64,000 nt of DNA from Dipteris shenzhenensis. Its lineage: Eukaryota. The stretch is from the NCBI GenBank assembly GCA_047967505.1, contig CM106538.1. One strand, given 5' to 3'. This document shows positions 50,101-61,214 of the stretch, piece after piece; within the stretch, counting starts at the first letter, position 1; the number at the start of each line of letters is the position of its first letter. The position numbers and the translations under genes were made by a program. The notes under the pieces are model-generated. The model made no database searches. It saw only the letters and a program-made list of their open reading frames with translations, and was not told the DNA's origin.

Positions 50101-52750
50101 CTTAACAACAGCAGAAATCCCTTTGTCAAAGGCTCTGATTGGATCTTTTGTCCCTCTGACTCCCTGTCTCTAGGCGGATTCCAATGCCCTACAGTTGTCT
50201 TCATTCAATAAAGACGCATTGAGTTTGAAGGATTAACGACCCTTCCTAACTGGCTGTGACCTAATGACAAAAGAAACAATGCAAGGCATATGATCAGAGA
50301 AGGTCTGCGAGCGGTCTACCTCACCTTTCCAAGGGGGGAAGACCCAAGAAGCACCCCAATTGAACCAGCACAAGTCAAGCACAGCTGACTGCAAGTTGCC
50401 TGCTCTAAACCATGTGGGTCTCCTGTCCAGCAGGCCAAGCTGACGAGCTTCTACAAAACCATGCTGCTCTTGCATCATGGACCAGTAGTTGCTCCTAGCT
50501 TCAAAGTGATTGAAGTCACCGACTGTCACCAGTCTGGCACTGAGGTCTTGGTCTCCCATCCAATCCCAAAATTGATTCGCCTACCCAACGTCTGTAGGAA
50601 CATACACCAAGATAATAGAAAGAGGTTCTCCCTCGACATCGAGGACTACCCCTACTGCTGAACCCTCATCATGCACCAAGCAGTGCGAGGCTCTAAGCTC
50701 CTTTCGACAGAGGATAGCTGAGCCTCCTGATCCTCTTTTCCTGCAAGTTGAGAAAACATCGAACTCCTTAAAAAAAGCAGCTAAGAAAAAAACATCCTTC
50801 TCTCCCAGCTTCAACTCTTGAAGACAGACCACATTAGCCTTCCAGCCACGAATCCTCTCGGCTAGTATCCATCTCTTAGCTCGAAGGCCCAACCCATGGA
50901 CATTCCACGTCACAAGTTTAACCTGCATGATTACAAGGGAGGTTTGGGCTAGCCAGCACATCGAACATATTCTTTCTGTTCGATTTCCCCTTCCTCCCTC
51001 CTCCTTTTTCGGGTTGGATCTCCTTCTGCGGGATCCTTCTGTTGAAGTTGTGGATTTCATCCTCAGAGAGATCGAGACGCTGTGGGAGCACCATCCGATT
51101 TGCCTTGGAGGATTCCCCCAACAGCGGTGCCTTCTGCGCAAGAGAGGGTGATCCCTTAGGAGTCGGGCGTTGGGGGGCTCTAGCCTTGATGCAATCTTCC
51201 AGAATACCTTCAGAAGCGGGAAGAGTTTCTTTGGCTGGAACACTAGATTCTGGCTCCTGTTGCGGTTCGACTTGCATGGCCTCAACCTGGGGCTCTTTCT
51301 AGGTCGAATTCTTCTGCACTCCCCTTTGGGGACACTGTCTTGCAAAGTGCCCAATCTCTCTGCATGCAAAATAGGCATTGGGGAATGGATTGAAGCGGAC
51401 TCTGATACGAATGGGTTCGAAATCCCCTGAGTCGAGTTCGACAACCTCGGGTGGCCTCTGGGAAATGTCCCACAGAATACAAGCTCTGGGGGTAGGATTC
51501 GTCTCAACAGCTTTTGGCGGGGGAGCGAAAATGACTTGCCCCAACTCGTTTGCAACTTCGTGGACAACCGGCTTGAGCATGAAGGGTAAGCCGGGGAAAG
51601 AAATCCACACAGGGCAAACGTTTTGCAACTCCGTTATTGGGTCGAACTTGGCATGATATGCAACAGCGTAGCCCACTAAGCCGTAGAACGGGATGCTGCC
51701 TTTGTCAAGGATCTCTTCGACCATTTCGTCAGTTTGAAGACGGAGCAAATAGAAGCCCTTTCCAACATATGAAACTGAGGAGATACCGAACCTCCGCATT
51801 GCGAGGCTCGCTCTCCATCGCTCAAGGTCCGCCTCCTTGTATGTTTTGCCCTTAAAATAAACAAAGACACCTTTCTCCCTAAGCTCTGCGTACTCGCGGA
51901 TGATTGCACTTCCTGAGACAGAGGCCTTGAAGACCACAGCATCCTTCGGCGTACCCAGAGCAAGCTTACCCAGACCGTTGGATATCTCGTCCGTGACACC
52001 CCTTGACGATTGAAGGCATTGCCCTCAAAAACCTCCATTTCGTCGTCGTCCGACTCATGGCTCTCGGAGATTCGCGTCCCTTGGTCGTCCTTGGCTCTCT
52101 TAGCAAGAGGGGAGGCTGAGGGAGATTTCTCCTTCATGGGCCCTGACGCTGCAGAGGCCCTTACAACAGAAGGCATAGAATTCCTCTCAGCAACCGAAGT
52201 ATCTTTCGCGGAGTATCTTTAGATCGTTGGAATTGATTAGGCCTTGTGAGTTTTGTAATCTTTAATGTAATCCGGAAAAACTTTGGCTAAGCTCGGGAAT
52301 TGGAAACCGCTGCGTGCGTTCAATTCATGTAGCCTCGTTCTTGCACATCATCCGTGCTCCAATTCGCCATCAACAATCGGTAAAATTAACTGGTTAACAT
52401 ATCCCCACATGCATAATGGACGGCTCGCGATCACTGCCTAATTACGATCGTTAGAACCATCTGACGTGACTACTTCTTCAACAGTCCACATCCAATGATC
52501 TAAAGGAACTAAGGGCTTGCGAGAAGCGTCGCCTTACAGTCCTTAGATCTATAGATGCAACCGCGACGGTGTTGTGACAGCTAGCGCAACGGTGGACGTG
52601 CACCCTCTGATCAAAAATATTCCACCATTAGATTTACGCCACGCGTGAGATTGATGCTACCGGCTCCCCAAGTCGCCACCGCTGACGGCCGGAAATCGGC
52701 TCCCGTCGCCGATTTCCGTTCAAAAGCTGCGGCAACCGGCTCCAGAGGGG
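47105..52750 (-). mobile_element. Near full-length L1-clade LINE (ORF1 + ORF2), frameshifted
   Basis: CpG-rich 5' region ~52250-52750. ORF1 has a DUF4283-like region and knuckle PNAYFACREIGHFARQCP. ORF2 ATG 50928 MQVKLVTWNVHGL, CLQELK, GDFN, SDH, KSPGPDG, DFDKAYD, RQGCPLAP, QLFADN, zf-RVT CKLC. Ends approximate; TSD not found. Confidence 0.9.
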
Positions 52751-53094
52751 ATTCCCTAACATTCACGAAAATCTTGAGAATCAGATTTTGAATGTTCATT
52801 ACCTTTTTTGGTCGGACAATCTGTTGCAAAGTGCTGCAGATGTAGAATGCGCACCTCGTTTGGCAGGACCATCTCCAACGGGGGATGTAAAGTATTGTAT
52901 TCTCTGCACAAGTCTTTAGGCTCTTTTGGAGTGGCGCAGATTGTAACCTTTTCCATTGCAGTTGCTCTTTGCAAGTGGGAGGGGATTTTAGTTTTGATGC
53001 TTGAGAAAAACCCTCTTATGTAAGAGTTACGATCAGGAAGACAAAGTATTGCGTTGAAGGTGAAGACAAGCGTGAAGAAGACTGAATAAGCACA

Positions 53095-53215
53095 TACGAT
53101 CGATCAGGTCGGCCACCATAGCATTGCTGCTGTGTCTTTATCTTCAACAAATCACTGGCCTCCTCAATCACAAACGATAGATCAGATCGGCCACCATAGC
53201 ATTGCTGCTGTGTCG
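53095..53215. repeat. ~40-bp direct repeat with ~78-bp period
   Basis: ACGAT(C/A)GATCAG(G/A)TCGGCCACCATAGCATTGCTGCTGTGTC occurs twice. Confidence 0.85.
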
Positions 53216-53333
53216 ATATCTTTAAAACTTTCTGTCTCAGATAAGGCCCTTTAACTGGTACATCATTTGCATAGTCTGTGATGAGTCTTCGACTAAAACC
53301 TCTAACGAACACTTGTTAACTCTTCGACATCTT

Positions 53334-54780
53334 TCCTGAACGTCTCATTCTTTTTCCCAAAGAACAGCAAGGTATTCTTGGCATCATCCAAAATTGTAGT
53401 AGTGAGGCCATTGCCATAGTGAGGCCTCGAAAATGCCACATCATTTCTGAATTTCCACAAGTTAGTAATGATTGCCCCTCTCATCACCTGCCAGACTTCG
53501 TAGGCTGCGTCATTGAGGCTACCCCGATCTCCTAACCCTGATATGTATCTGTGCAGACCTGAGCCTCATTCCAAACTTTCCTGGAGAAGGAACAGTCCCA
53601 AAATAAGTGCATATGAGTTTCCTTGCACTGATTGCGGAAGGGGCGAACCGGACTCCGGAGGGACCCTTGGGTTCCACTTCCCCAAAAGAACCCTCCATAG
53701 CATAAAGTTTTAAAGACGGGGTGGATCTCCAAATCCTCCTGAATCTCATGGACCATGTGTCAAGTCTGTCCCGAGGTGCGTGGAACTTTCACTGAGATTG
53801 AGCTACCAGCAAGGCAGGGTTAGCCGTTCTCCCCCCACATTCCATTAGTCTAGCTTTTCTGAAGGGTTTCCCGTTCTTCCAGCGCATCCCTCCGAAGCCT
53901 ATAGACTTGAGAAGTGGGCCAGTCAGGTTTAATTCCAGTCAAACAATAGGGGTGCCAGAGGGCACCCCTGCCTTATGGATCTCATAAGCGAAAATCTCTG
54001 GAAGTGGTACCCATTGATAGAGATCCTTGCCCAAGCATTTGAGAACAGCATATTAACCAGCCTGCAAAAACCTCTGCCATACCCAAGAGCTAGCATAGTA
54101 TGAGTTATAGAGTTCAGCTAACTCTGTCGTAAGCTTTTTGGATTCAGCATAACCATCCTCTCATTCTGGCTAAGAGCAAAGTCCATGTAACAAATCCAAA
54201 TTGTTTGGAGTGTATCAACCTGGCCAGGATAAATTTATTCTGTTTGCCATTGCTTTGGCAATGATCTTGTAAGACGTGTTCAGGAGAGATAGAGGCCTCC
54301 GTTGGCTGAGCTTTGTCCTGTTGCACCCCTTGGGGATTAGCTTGATAACCCCGGTGTTGACGCTGCTCGGGAGCTTTCCTGTGTTGCAGCACCACTTGAT
54401 TAAGCTCATCAGCTGCTTTTTGCATGTGTCCCAGTAAACCTGCAAAAATTCAGCAGGCATACCATCCGGACCCGGGGCTTTGTCCCTGGGCATCTGCACG
54501 ACGATGTACCTAATTTCTTCTTCAGAGAAAGGTCTTTGTAGCATAACTGCTTCATGGCCTAGCACCTTCCTAGGCATGTCTGCAAGGAAGCTCGCCATTC
54601 TCTCTTCGTAATTGGGCGGGGTCTCAGGCTCACTGCCAGAAACTTTGCCAAGATGATGTAGCTAGATAGCTAGATGATGTAGACAACGCCCCCCTCGAGG
54701 GCTGATCTTTTATCCTTTGTTTAATTACTTTATAAACATAAACATAAATATGAGATACTTTCACCCGCCAAAAAAAAAAA
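53334..54780 (+). mobile_element. Twin-primed (5'-inverted) L1 insertion
   Basis: TSD AACTCTTCGACATCTT at 53318-53333 and 54779-54794. Inverted ORF2 segment 53334-~54649 (DKAPGPDG, RQGCPLAP, zf-RVT on minus strand). Non-inverted 3' end 54650-54780 with poly(A). Confidence 0.9.
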
Positions 54781-55244
54781 CTCTTCGACATCTTGGAAAG
54801 GCTATTCCAAAATAGTCTTCAATATTTGGGGAGGGATGTTGGACTACGTCAGATCCTGTGGCTCCTCTTGCTGCTTTCTGATGCTCCATCTTGCTTTTCT
54901 GCGTGTAAAGTGACTTTAGGTCTGACAACTCATAGATGGCTCTGATCCTCCTTGTGCAGCTGTAGGCAGCGTCCATGACTAGAGGGAGGCTAGTAAGGGT
55001 AATCAAAACTTATCATACCAAAGGATTGGAGGACCAGCTCCTTGGTCGTTGTATATACTAATGTTTTGTAGGAAGTAGATGAGTAGATCCCCCCTTTCGG
55101 TGTTTAGGACCAGTTTCTTATAAGTTGATTTTGCGTCTAGCCTATTTAATCAATGATAGCTTCTACGTTTCTTACAATAGCATCAGTTTATTAAAAAGTA
55201 TTATTGTATGTAGTTCTTTCCTGTAAACATCAACAGATACTTAC

Positions 55245-55415
55245 AAGAACTGGTTTGTCAGACCTCCCTTCACTGAAAAGGTAGATGCAATCCGCCAAAG
55301 TGCGACTGGTAGCTAAGTCTATAGCTTTCCAAAGATTAGTTGTCCCTGCAGGACGCCACCTTTTCACCCAACCCAAAGCCGCTTCAAGGGTTGCTGGAGT
55401 CATCACTCTCATCGG
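55245..55415 (-). CDS. Penultimate exon of the same VWA gene (upstream exons not located, probably beyond window)
   Basis: TTTTCTGCAG| acceptor and |GTAAGT donor, phase 0, 57 codons PMRVMTPATLEAALGWVKRWRPAGTTNLWKAIDLATSRTLADCIYLFSEGRSDKPVL (VWA G-T-N and IYLFSEG motifs). Joins in frame to 38013. Confidence 0.85.
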
Positions 55416-57142
55416 CTGCAGAAAAGTAATAACAAGTTGATGGCTCTAAGTATTATTGAATCATTGGAGCGACTTTAAAAAAACATTGAATTTATGAAAT
55501 GAAATTCTACAGGAAATCTAATCTATATATGTACACTTGCATCAGACCATGCAAACTAAAGATCTGCTAGCATGTGTGCCTTATGTCAGCATATTCATGG
55601 AATCTGCCAGAGCTGTACAGTTTGCCATCCAGTGGGATGAAGAAATCAAGCAAATTTGGCACTGAAGTCCAGTGCATCCTGAATTTCCATCAAGACTAAT
55701 CATTGTCCATCTTGGGATGTAAAGATAAAAAGGCAAACTGGACCCGATGCCGAGTAAGTGCAGACTGTCATAGTTGCGATTCTTTGGGCATATGCCAATT
55801 TATTGCCTGAAATAGGTACAACAGAAGGGCAGACACTCACGTTGCATGCAGCAGTGAATCAGAAGCACAAGATAATATGAATTCTGTTTGGGGCACAACA
55901 GATGATTAAGACTGAGAAGCAGGAATTTTACTTGAGGACATGTTGAGACATACACCTACGCCTCCAACACAGAGGACGCTTATCTTGGCTAGGAGAATCG
56001 AAAAGACTGAGCACATACATTTTTGGTTCTTATTGTAAAACTACTTGTAAGGTGACAAGGCTATCAAGTTGATGGAATCTCTTATACACGTAAAAGACAA
56101 GTTGTGGTCCAATCTTTATAGAGCCCTGAGTCATACTAGCAATACAAAATTCAAAGTGGAAAACATGAGGCAGAAAATGAAACAACAGAGGAGGAAAGTG
56201 ACTGGGTCATGAGATTCAAGATAAATCACTGCACAAGTGGGTAAAATCTATTGACTGAGGGAATTGCAAGGAGATGGATTTTCCTTTGTGCATGACCTTG
56301 ACTACAATGATCTCTAAAAACCTCAATTCTCATGCCTTGAGATGTAGTTGTACAACTGAAAGGATATTGTTTCTCAAGTTTGGAACCAAGTAGACATTGA
56401 TAACCAATATTTTAGCTTGTATAAGGATTTTGATAGAACCGATGGCCTTCAGTTGATTGTCATAGCCAATGTAACCAGAACGAGCTTGAAGAAGCGTTGG
56501 AAGTCGTAGTCATGGTGGTAGTGCAAATACGTGGAAGCAGCTATTGATATTAAATGACCCCCTTTTGCTAAGTATCACAAAGTTTAAAGGTCAGCCCTTA
56601 TGAATTCTCTCAAGGCACACAGCAATGATCCTTGCGCAAATTAATTTACAGGCTCAAGTAGAACTAGACCCACCAAGAATTGTGTCTGCCACATTAACAA
56701 TTCTTTCATCCACCACCATATGTCATGGATGAACATCCACAAACACCCACCAGGTGGAGGATTCCTCTCGGTATCAGAGTCTGCACCTCCTTCCATCTTG
56801 TTGTGCTCCTCTATTTCACTGCTGTGTCCACTTTTAGAGCTTATTATTTCTTCTGTGATGAAAGCGTGATTGGCAGCACATCTCCTTAAAAAGCTCTCCA
56901 TGAAAGGGAGGATACGAGCATCGTCACTTGTTGGGGTGGAGGAATTTAGAGACCAGCACTGGATGTATCCAACAGTCCAAGAATTTTAAAACCGAGTCTA
57001 CATCAGACAATCGATATGGAGCAAGTATCTATGAGCATTCAATTGCATAGGAACATCAACATGATCATAGGGATGAGTAAAAAGGCTCCCTTAGAATTTT
57101 GGAGGGGATGTACCAATTGAATTTGGATATCACCATAGTGAA

Positions 57143-57257
57143 GGAGTCTATTGGAACGAGTCTTAGAACAAAAACAAAATTGCATTTGGTGATTTTCTAG
57201 AGTCTATTGGAATGAGTCTTAGAACAAAAACAAAACTACATTTGGTGATTTTCTAGA
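57143..57257. repeat. ~56-bp tandem duplication
   Basis: GAGTCTATTGGAA(C/T)GAGTCTTAGAACAAAAACAAAA..CATTTGGTGATTTTCTAGA occurs twice. Confidence 0.9.
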
Positions 57258-57824
57258 ATTCATACCGAATCAAAAGCATTCCCATCTTTATTGACTAGAT
57301 TCAATAATTGGCATTAGTGAGCATTTTTCATTCAATAAATTCATTTGACATTAGCTTTGGAAGATGCCATGATGCTAGAAAGAGGTGCATCATGTAGACG
57401 AGCGATGCTACAGTGCAATAGAATGTTGATTGTTTCACTCTAAGATCCTTCATCAAAGGGCCTCTTTGAGGCATGAGTTGTCTGAGGATCACATAAGGAT
57501 ATTTGACCCTTGTACAAATAGAATGCATACAAAGTGAACATAATTATGTGAAGGAAACAAAAAAGCTACATTTATCATGATTTGTACATACCATATAGAC
57601 CAAGAGGTAAGTAGTTATAGTAACTAACTAAGGAATGTGATCATTCTTATTCAAACCCAACTTAGACATTACCTAAGATGTAGTTGGACGTACTTGATTA
57701 ATACAAGTAGGATTCATTATTCTAATATTGATTTCACTGATGTAGGATAATGTGGGTAGCAAGCATTTTTATATGCATATCTTTTTAGTGAGATTATATT
57801 TGTATCTCTTCCATGTATCTGTTT

Positions 57825-58072
57825 TGTGTGTGTGCATGTATGTGCCCGTGTGTGTGTGTGTGTGCGTGCGTGCGTGCGCGTGTGTGTGTGTGTGTGTGTG
57901 TGTATCCATCCGTCCATCCGTCCGTCTGTCCGTCCGTCCGTCCATCGGTCTGTCTACCTACCTACCTACCTACCCACCTACCTACCTACCTATCTATCTA
58001 TATATCTAATTGATGTCTGTCTATCTATGTATTTGTCCATCTATCCATCTTTCTATATGTCTATCCGTCTAT

Positions 58073-58104
<32 letters not shown>

Positions 58105-58106
58105 AT
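57825..58106. repeat. Compound microsatellite (TG)n/(TGCG)n/(CCGT)n/(CCTA)n/(TCTA)n
   Basis: Directly visible successive arrays. Confidence 0.95.
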
Positions 58107-61100
58107 CCAAATAGTTGTTGATCGACAATGGTGGCATTCTCCTTCAACAACTTACAATGCCGTAACTTGAGCAAAATGGAGTCATTAGATGTAAGATACA
58201 AACCTTGGTGGAATGGTCACAAACGATGCTCATCGTTGGTCCTCTCTTAAAATCACTTTTGGGATAAAGTAGTTTCCACATCTATAACCCATTTGGCTAA
58301 AATCCAAAAGGCAACACATTACAAATTTAAACAAGTAATCATCCAAACCTCTCCCACCTTCAAGTCTCTAGTTCCGTGGCACACCTACATGCCTAAGAGG
58401 AAATGTCATAAACTTGACCTCATTTGATATGGCTACCCTTATGGAGTAAAAGCATGGTGGTTATTTAGAACTTTACTATATGTCATTATTCATCTTGAAA
58501 TGCTATATTCCAGAAACAATGGTTACAAATTCATTTACACATGAATGATTGTGGCCTTGTGATGGCCACTATAGTTCTCACTACGTAGGGAGTTGATGAT
58601 GATGTGCTACCACCCCATGCAATGACACTTGAGTCAACAAATTCTACTACCAAGAATGTTTCTTTGTGACAACAATCGCCACCTCCCCCACCCACCCACC
58701 ATATTTCTAAGTCTATCACTGTCACAATTGATACGATTCAAGCCTAACGTTCATACGCTCTAGCTCATAGCATTGGGCACATAACATTGGGAGAACCTTC
58801 TTGAATTTGTTGACATCAAGTATTTTCCATGCAATCAAAATTTAAATATTCCGATGCTCTATTTATATCCCTTGAGGATGATTTAGCACTAACACATGAA
58901 GCTGACTCTGTCCTTGCTTTGCAAGAAATTCCTCCATCAGCTCTTTGCTACTCAATTCATTTGCCCCAAGATCTCAACGCAATGAATTATTTCAAGATTC
59001 ATCCTCACACACAAGGCAAGCCCATGATAAGCTATGGGTGATCAAATTTCCCTTTGCTTAGGTAAATACCTCCCACCAAGCATGCAATAGTTAAGGAATT
59101 CAACTCTTGTAGTGTAATCATGCTTAGTGAATGCTCCTCCCTGTTATCATCTTACCTAAGTGGCCCTAGGTTGGCGGTTCTACTTTTGCAATTGTTTAGC
59201 CCATCTATATGTGCACCAAATTCTTGATACAACACATTTCACAAAGTATCTTTTTTTACGATAGTACATATATATGTGGTGAATTACACAGGGCATCTTT
59301 ATGTGTAGATGAACTATTAGGACATAATTACTTTGAGAGTATCTAGCATTATGCCACGTGGAAACCTGTAGTGTGTCATGATGGAGCTACCATTTTGTAT
59401 TTGAGGATGAGCCCTAGAGAAAATGGAATACATACATTTAATTATTCCATTTTCATTTCATCTTATTATGCTCTAGATATAGTTGACTACAATGGTTATA
59501 GTGGCTTGAAAGAAGACTCTTGCTAATTGCATGTATGAAAATTGTGAACCTTTAGCATAGAAAGGTTCCACGGAGTGTAAGGCTCCATATTGAGATAATA
59601 TAGAGGCTCCCTAGGTCCTTGTTGAGGGGATATTTGGGGATTGTTTCTACTTCTGGAGTCATTTGTGATGTATAAACTTAGAAGTCCCTTGTGGTGGTTT
59701 GCCTCCTTGAATCAATGATGCTAGGAATCCAATGAACATTCCTAAGGGATCACTAAGGTATCTTATTACCTTTGGATCTATTTTTAAGATTGAGGGGTAG
59801 AAGATTTTCTAAGATGAGTTCATTTATGATAAAATGCTTGATTTAGTTTAATGAAAAGGTATTTTATATGCATGCTCTTTACATAACATGCATGATTATT
59901 CAATGGAATAAAACATCTTAGAAAGTTTTTAATGGTTAAATACTTGCAATTTAGGGAGGTCCTCTCCTTGGGAGAAGTCGATATGAGCAATCATTATCGT
60001 TGTCCTTAGTTGCAAAATTGATAATAAGTTGAGATTTAAATGTATCTATATAGGCTACTAGACATTATTCATTAAAGAAACCATTAAAGTTGACTGTTAC
60101 ATGCAACACCAACTCCAATCTCATTGTAGCCTAGATAGCCAGGTTAGAAAAGTTAATAAACACACATTATTAGCAAACAAGAACAAAAACATAAATGACA
60201 GCTACAACTTATATATAAATTGCACAGCTTCCAAAATCTTTTCAATTCAAGTCTTATCTATTCTATTCTATTCATTCAAAGTTCATGAAATGTATCTGTC
60301 GAGGGGCCATGAAATTAAGCCACGTCGATGAACTACATGCAATGGAGAAATGAAAATTTTGTTTGTTGGAAAGTAATTAACTTCTAAAGAGAACAAGATC
60401 ACCTCTAAAGGCCTTGAATATCTTGATCCTGATGCTTGTTTGTATATGTAGGAGTTTTCTATTTCCCCATAGCTCCAAGCATCAAATGAGTACATTATGA
60501 TATCAAAATGGGTAGCTGCAACTTCAACCTAATTCAAGATATCACAAAAGTAGAGAGACTTTTAGTCCACCATATCTTCGGTTTCTTTTGACAATATTGG
60601 TCCAAAATTTGGCTGGCACATTTAATATTGACTGTTATCATGCTATATTCCTTAATAGCTTTATGTCCTAAAATATAGTTTGTGGTATATTATTTTTTAT
60701 AACAGGCGTATATAGAAAAAAAGGGAAATTTATGTAGAAACCCCCTCTGCCCACCCAAAAAAAGAATTCACACAAGTTATATAGAGCATACATTGTATTT
60801 GCACATGAATTAAGATGCCCTGCCTCAAAATACAGATTGAATGGTGGTGTAGTTGTAAAGATTTCTTATTTATTGTGATAACCCTAAAGTCAAGTTTATC
60901 TATCATTATTGCTAATCAATTTTTTGTCAAGGAAGGCTTAGGAAGTGATGGTTTGACGTTAAACCTAGGGACCTTTCTTGCCTTTTTTAAATCATTTTTA
61001 GACATATTTTCTTTGCCTTCTTGATCTGAATGACTAATAAGAGTTGAACGTAGTGTCTATAAGGGAATACTATAAGGGATTCACCACATGCGTCTAGAAA

Positions 61101-61214
61101 AAAAATATGATGCTCCACTTTATAATGCCAACGGTTGGTTTCAAATTCATATAGATGTGTGTCCTCATTATGTGTATACCTGTATTATGGTAACCATGTG
61201 TAGACATGTACTAA

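Noticed and set aside
55500-58290. Further upstream exons of the VWA gene (ORFs 56641-56901, 57328-57528; splice-like sites near 55807, 55840, 58204-58281)
   Set aside because: None encodes the expected N-terminal VWA motifs (DxSxS, FNxxxF), and frame support is weak.
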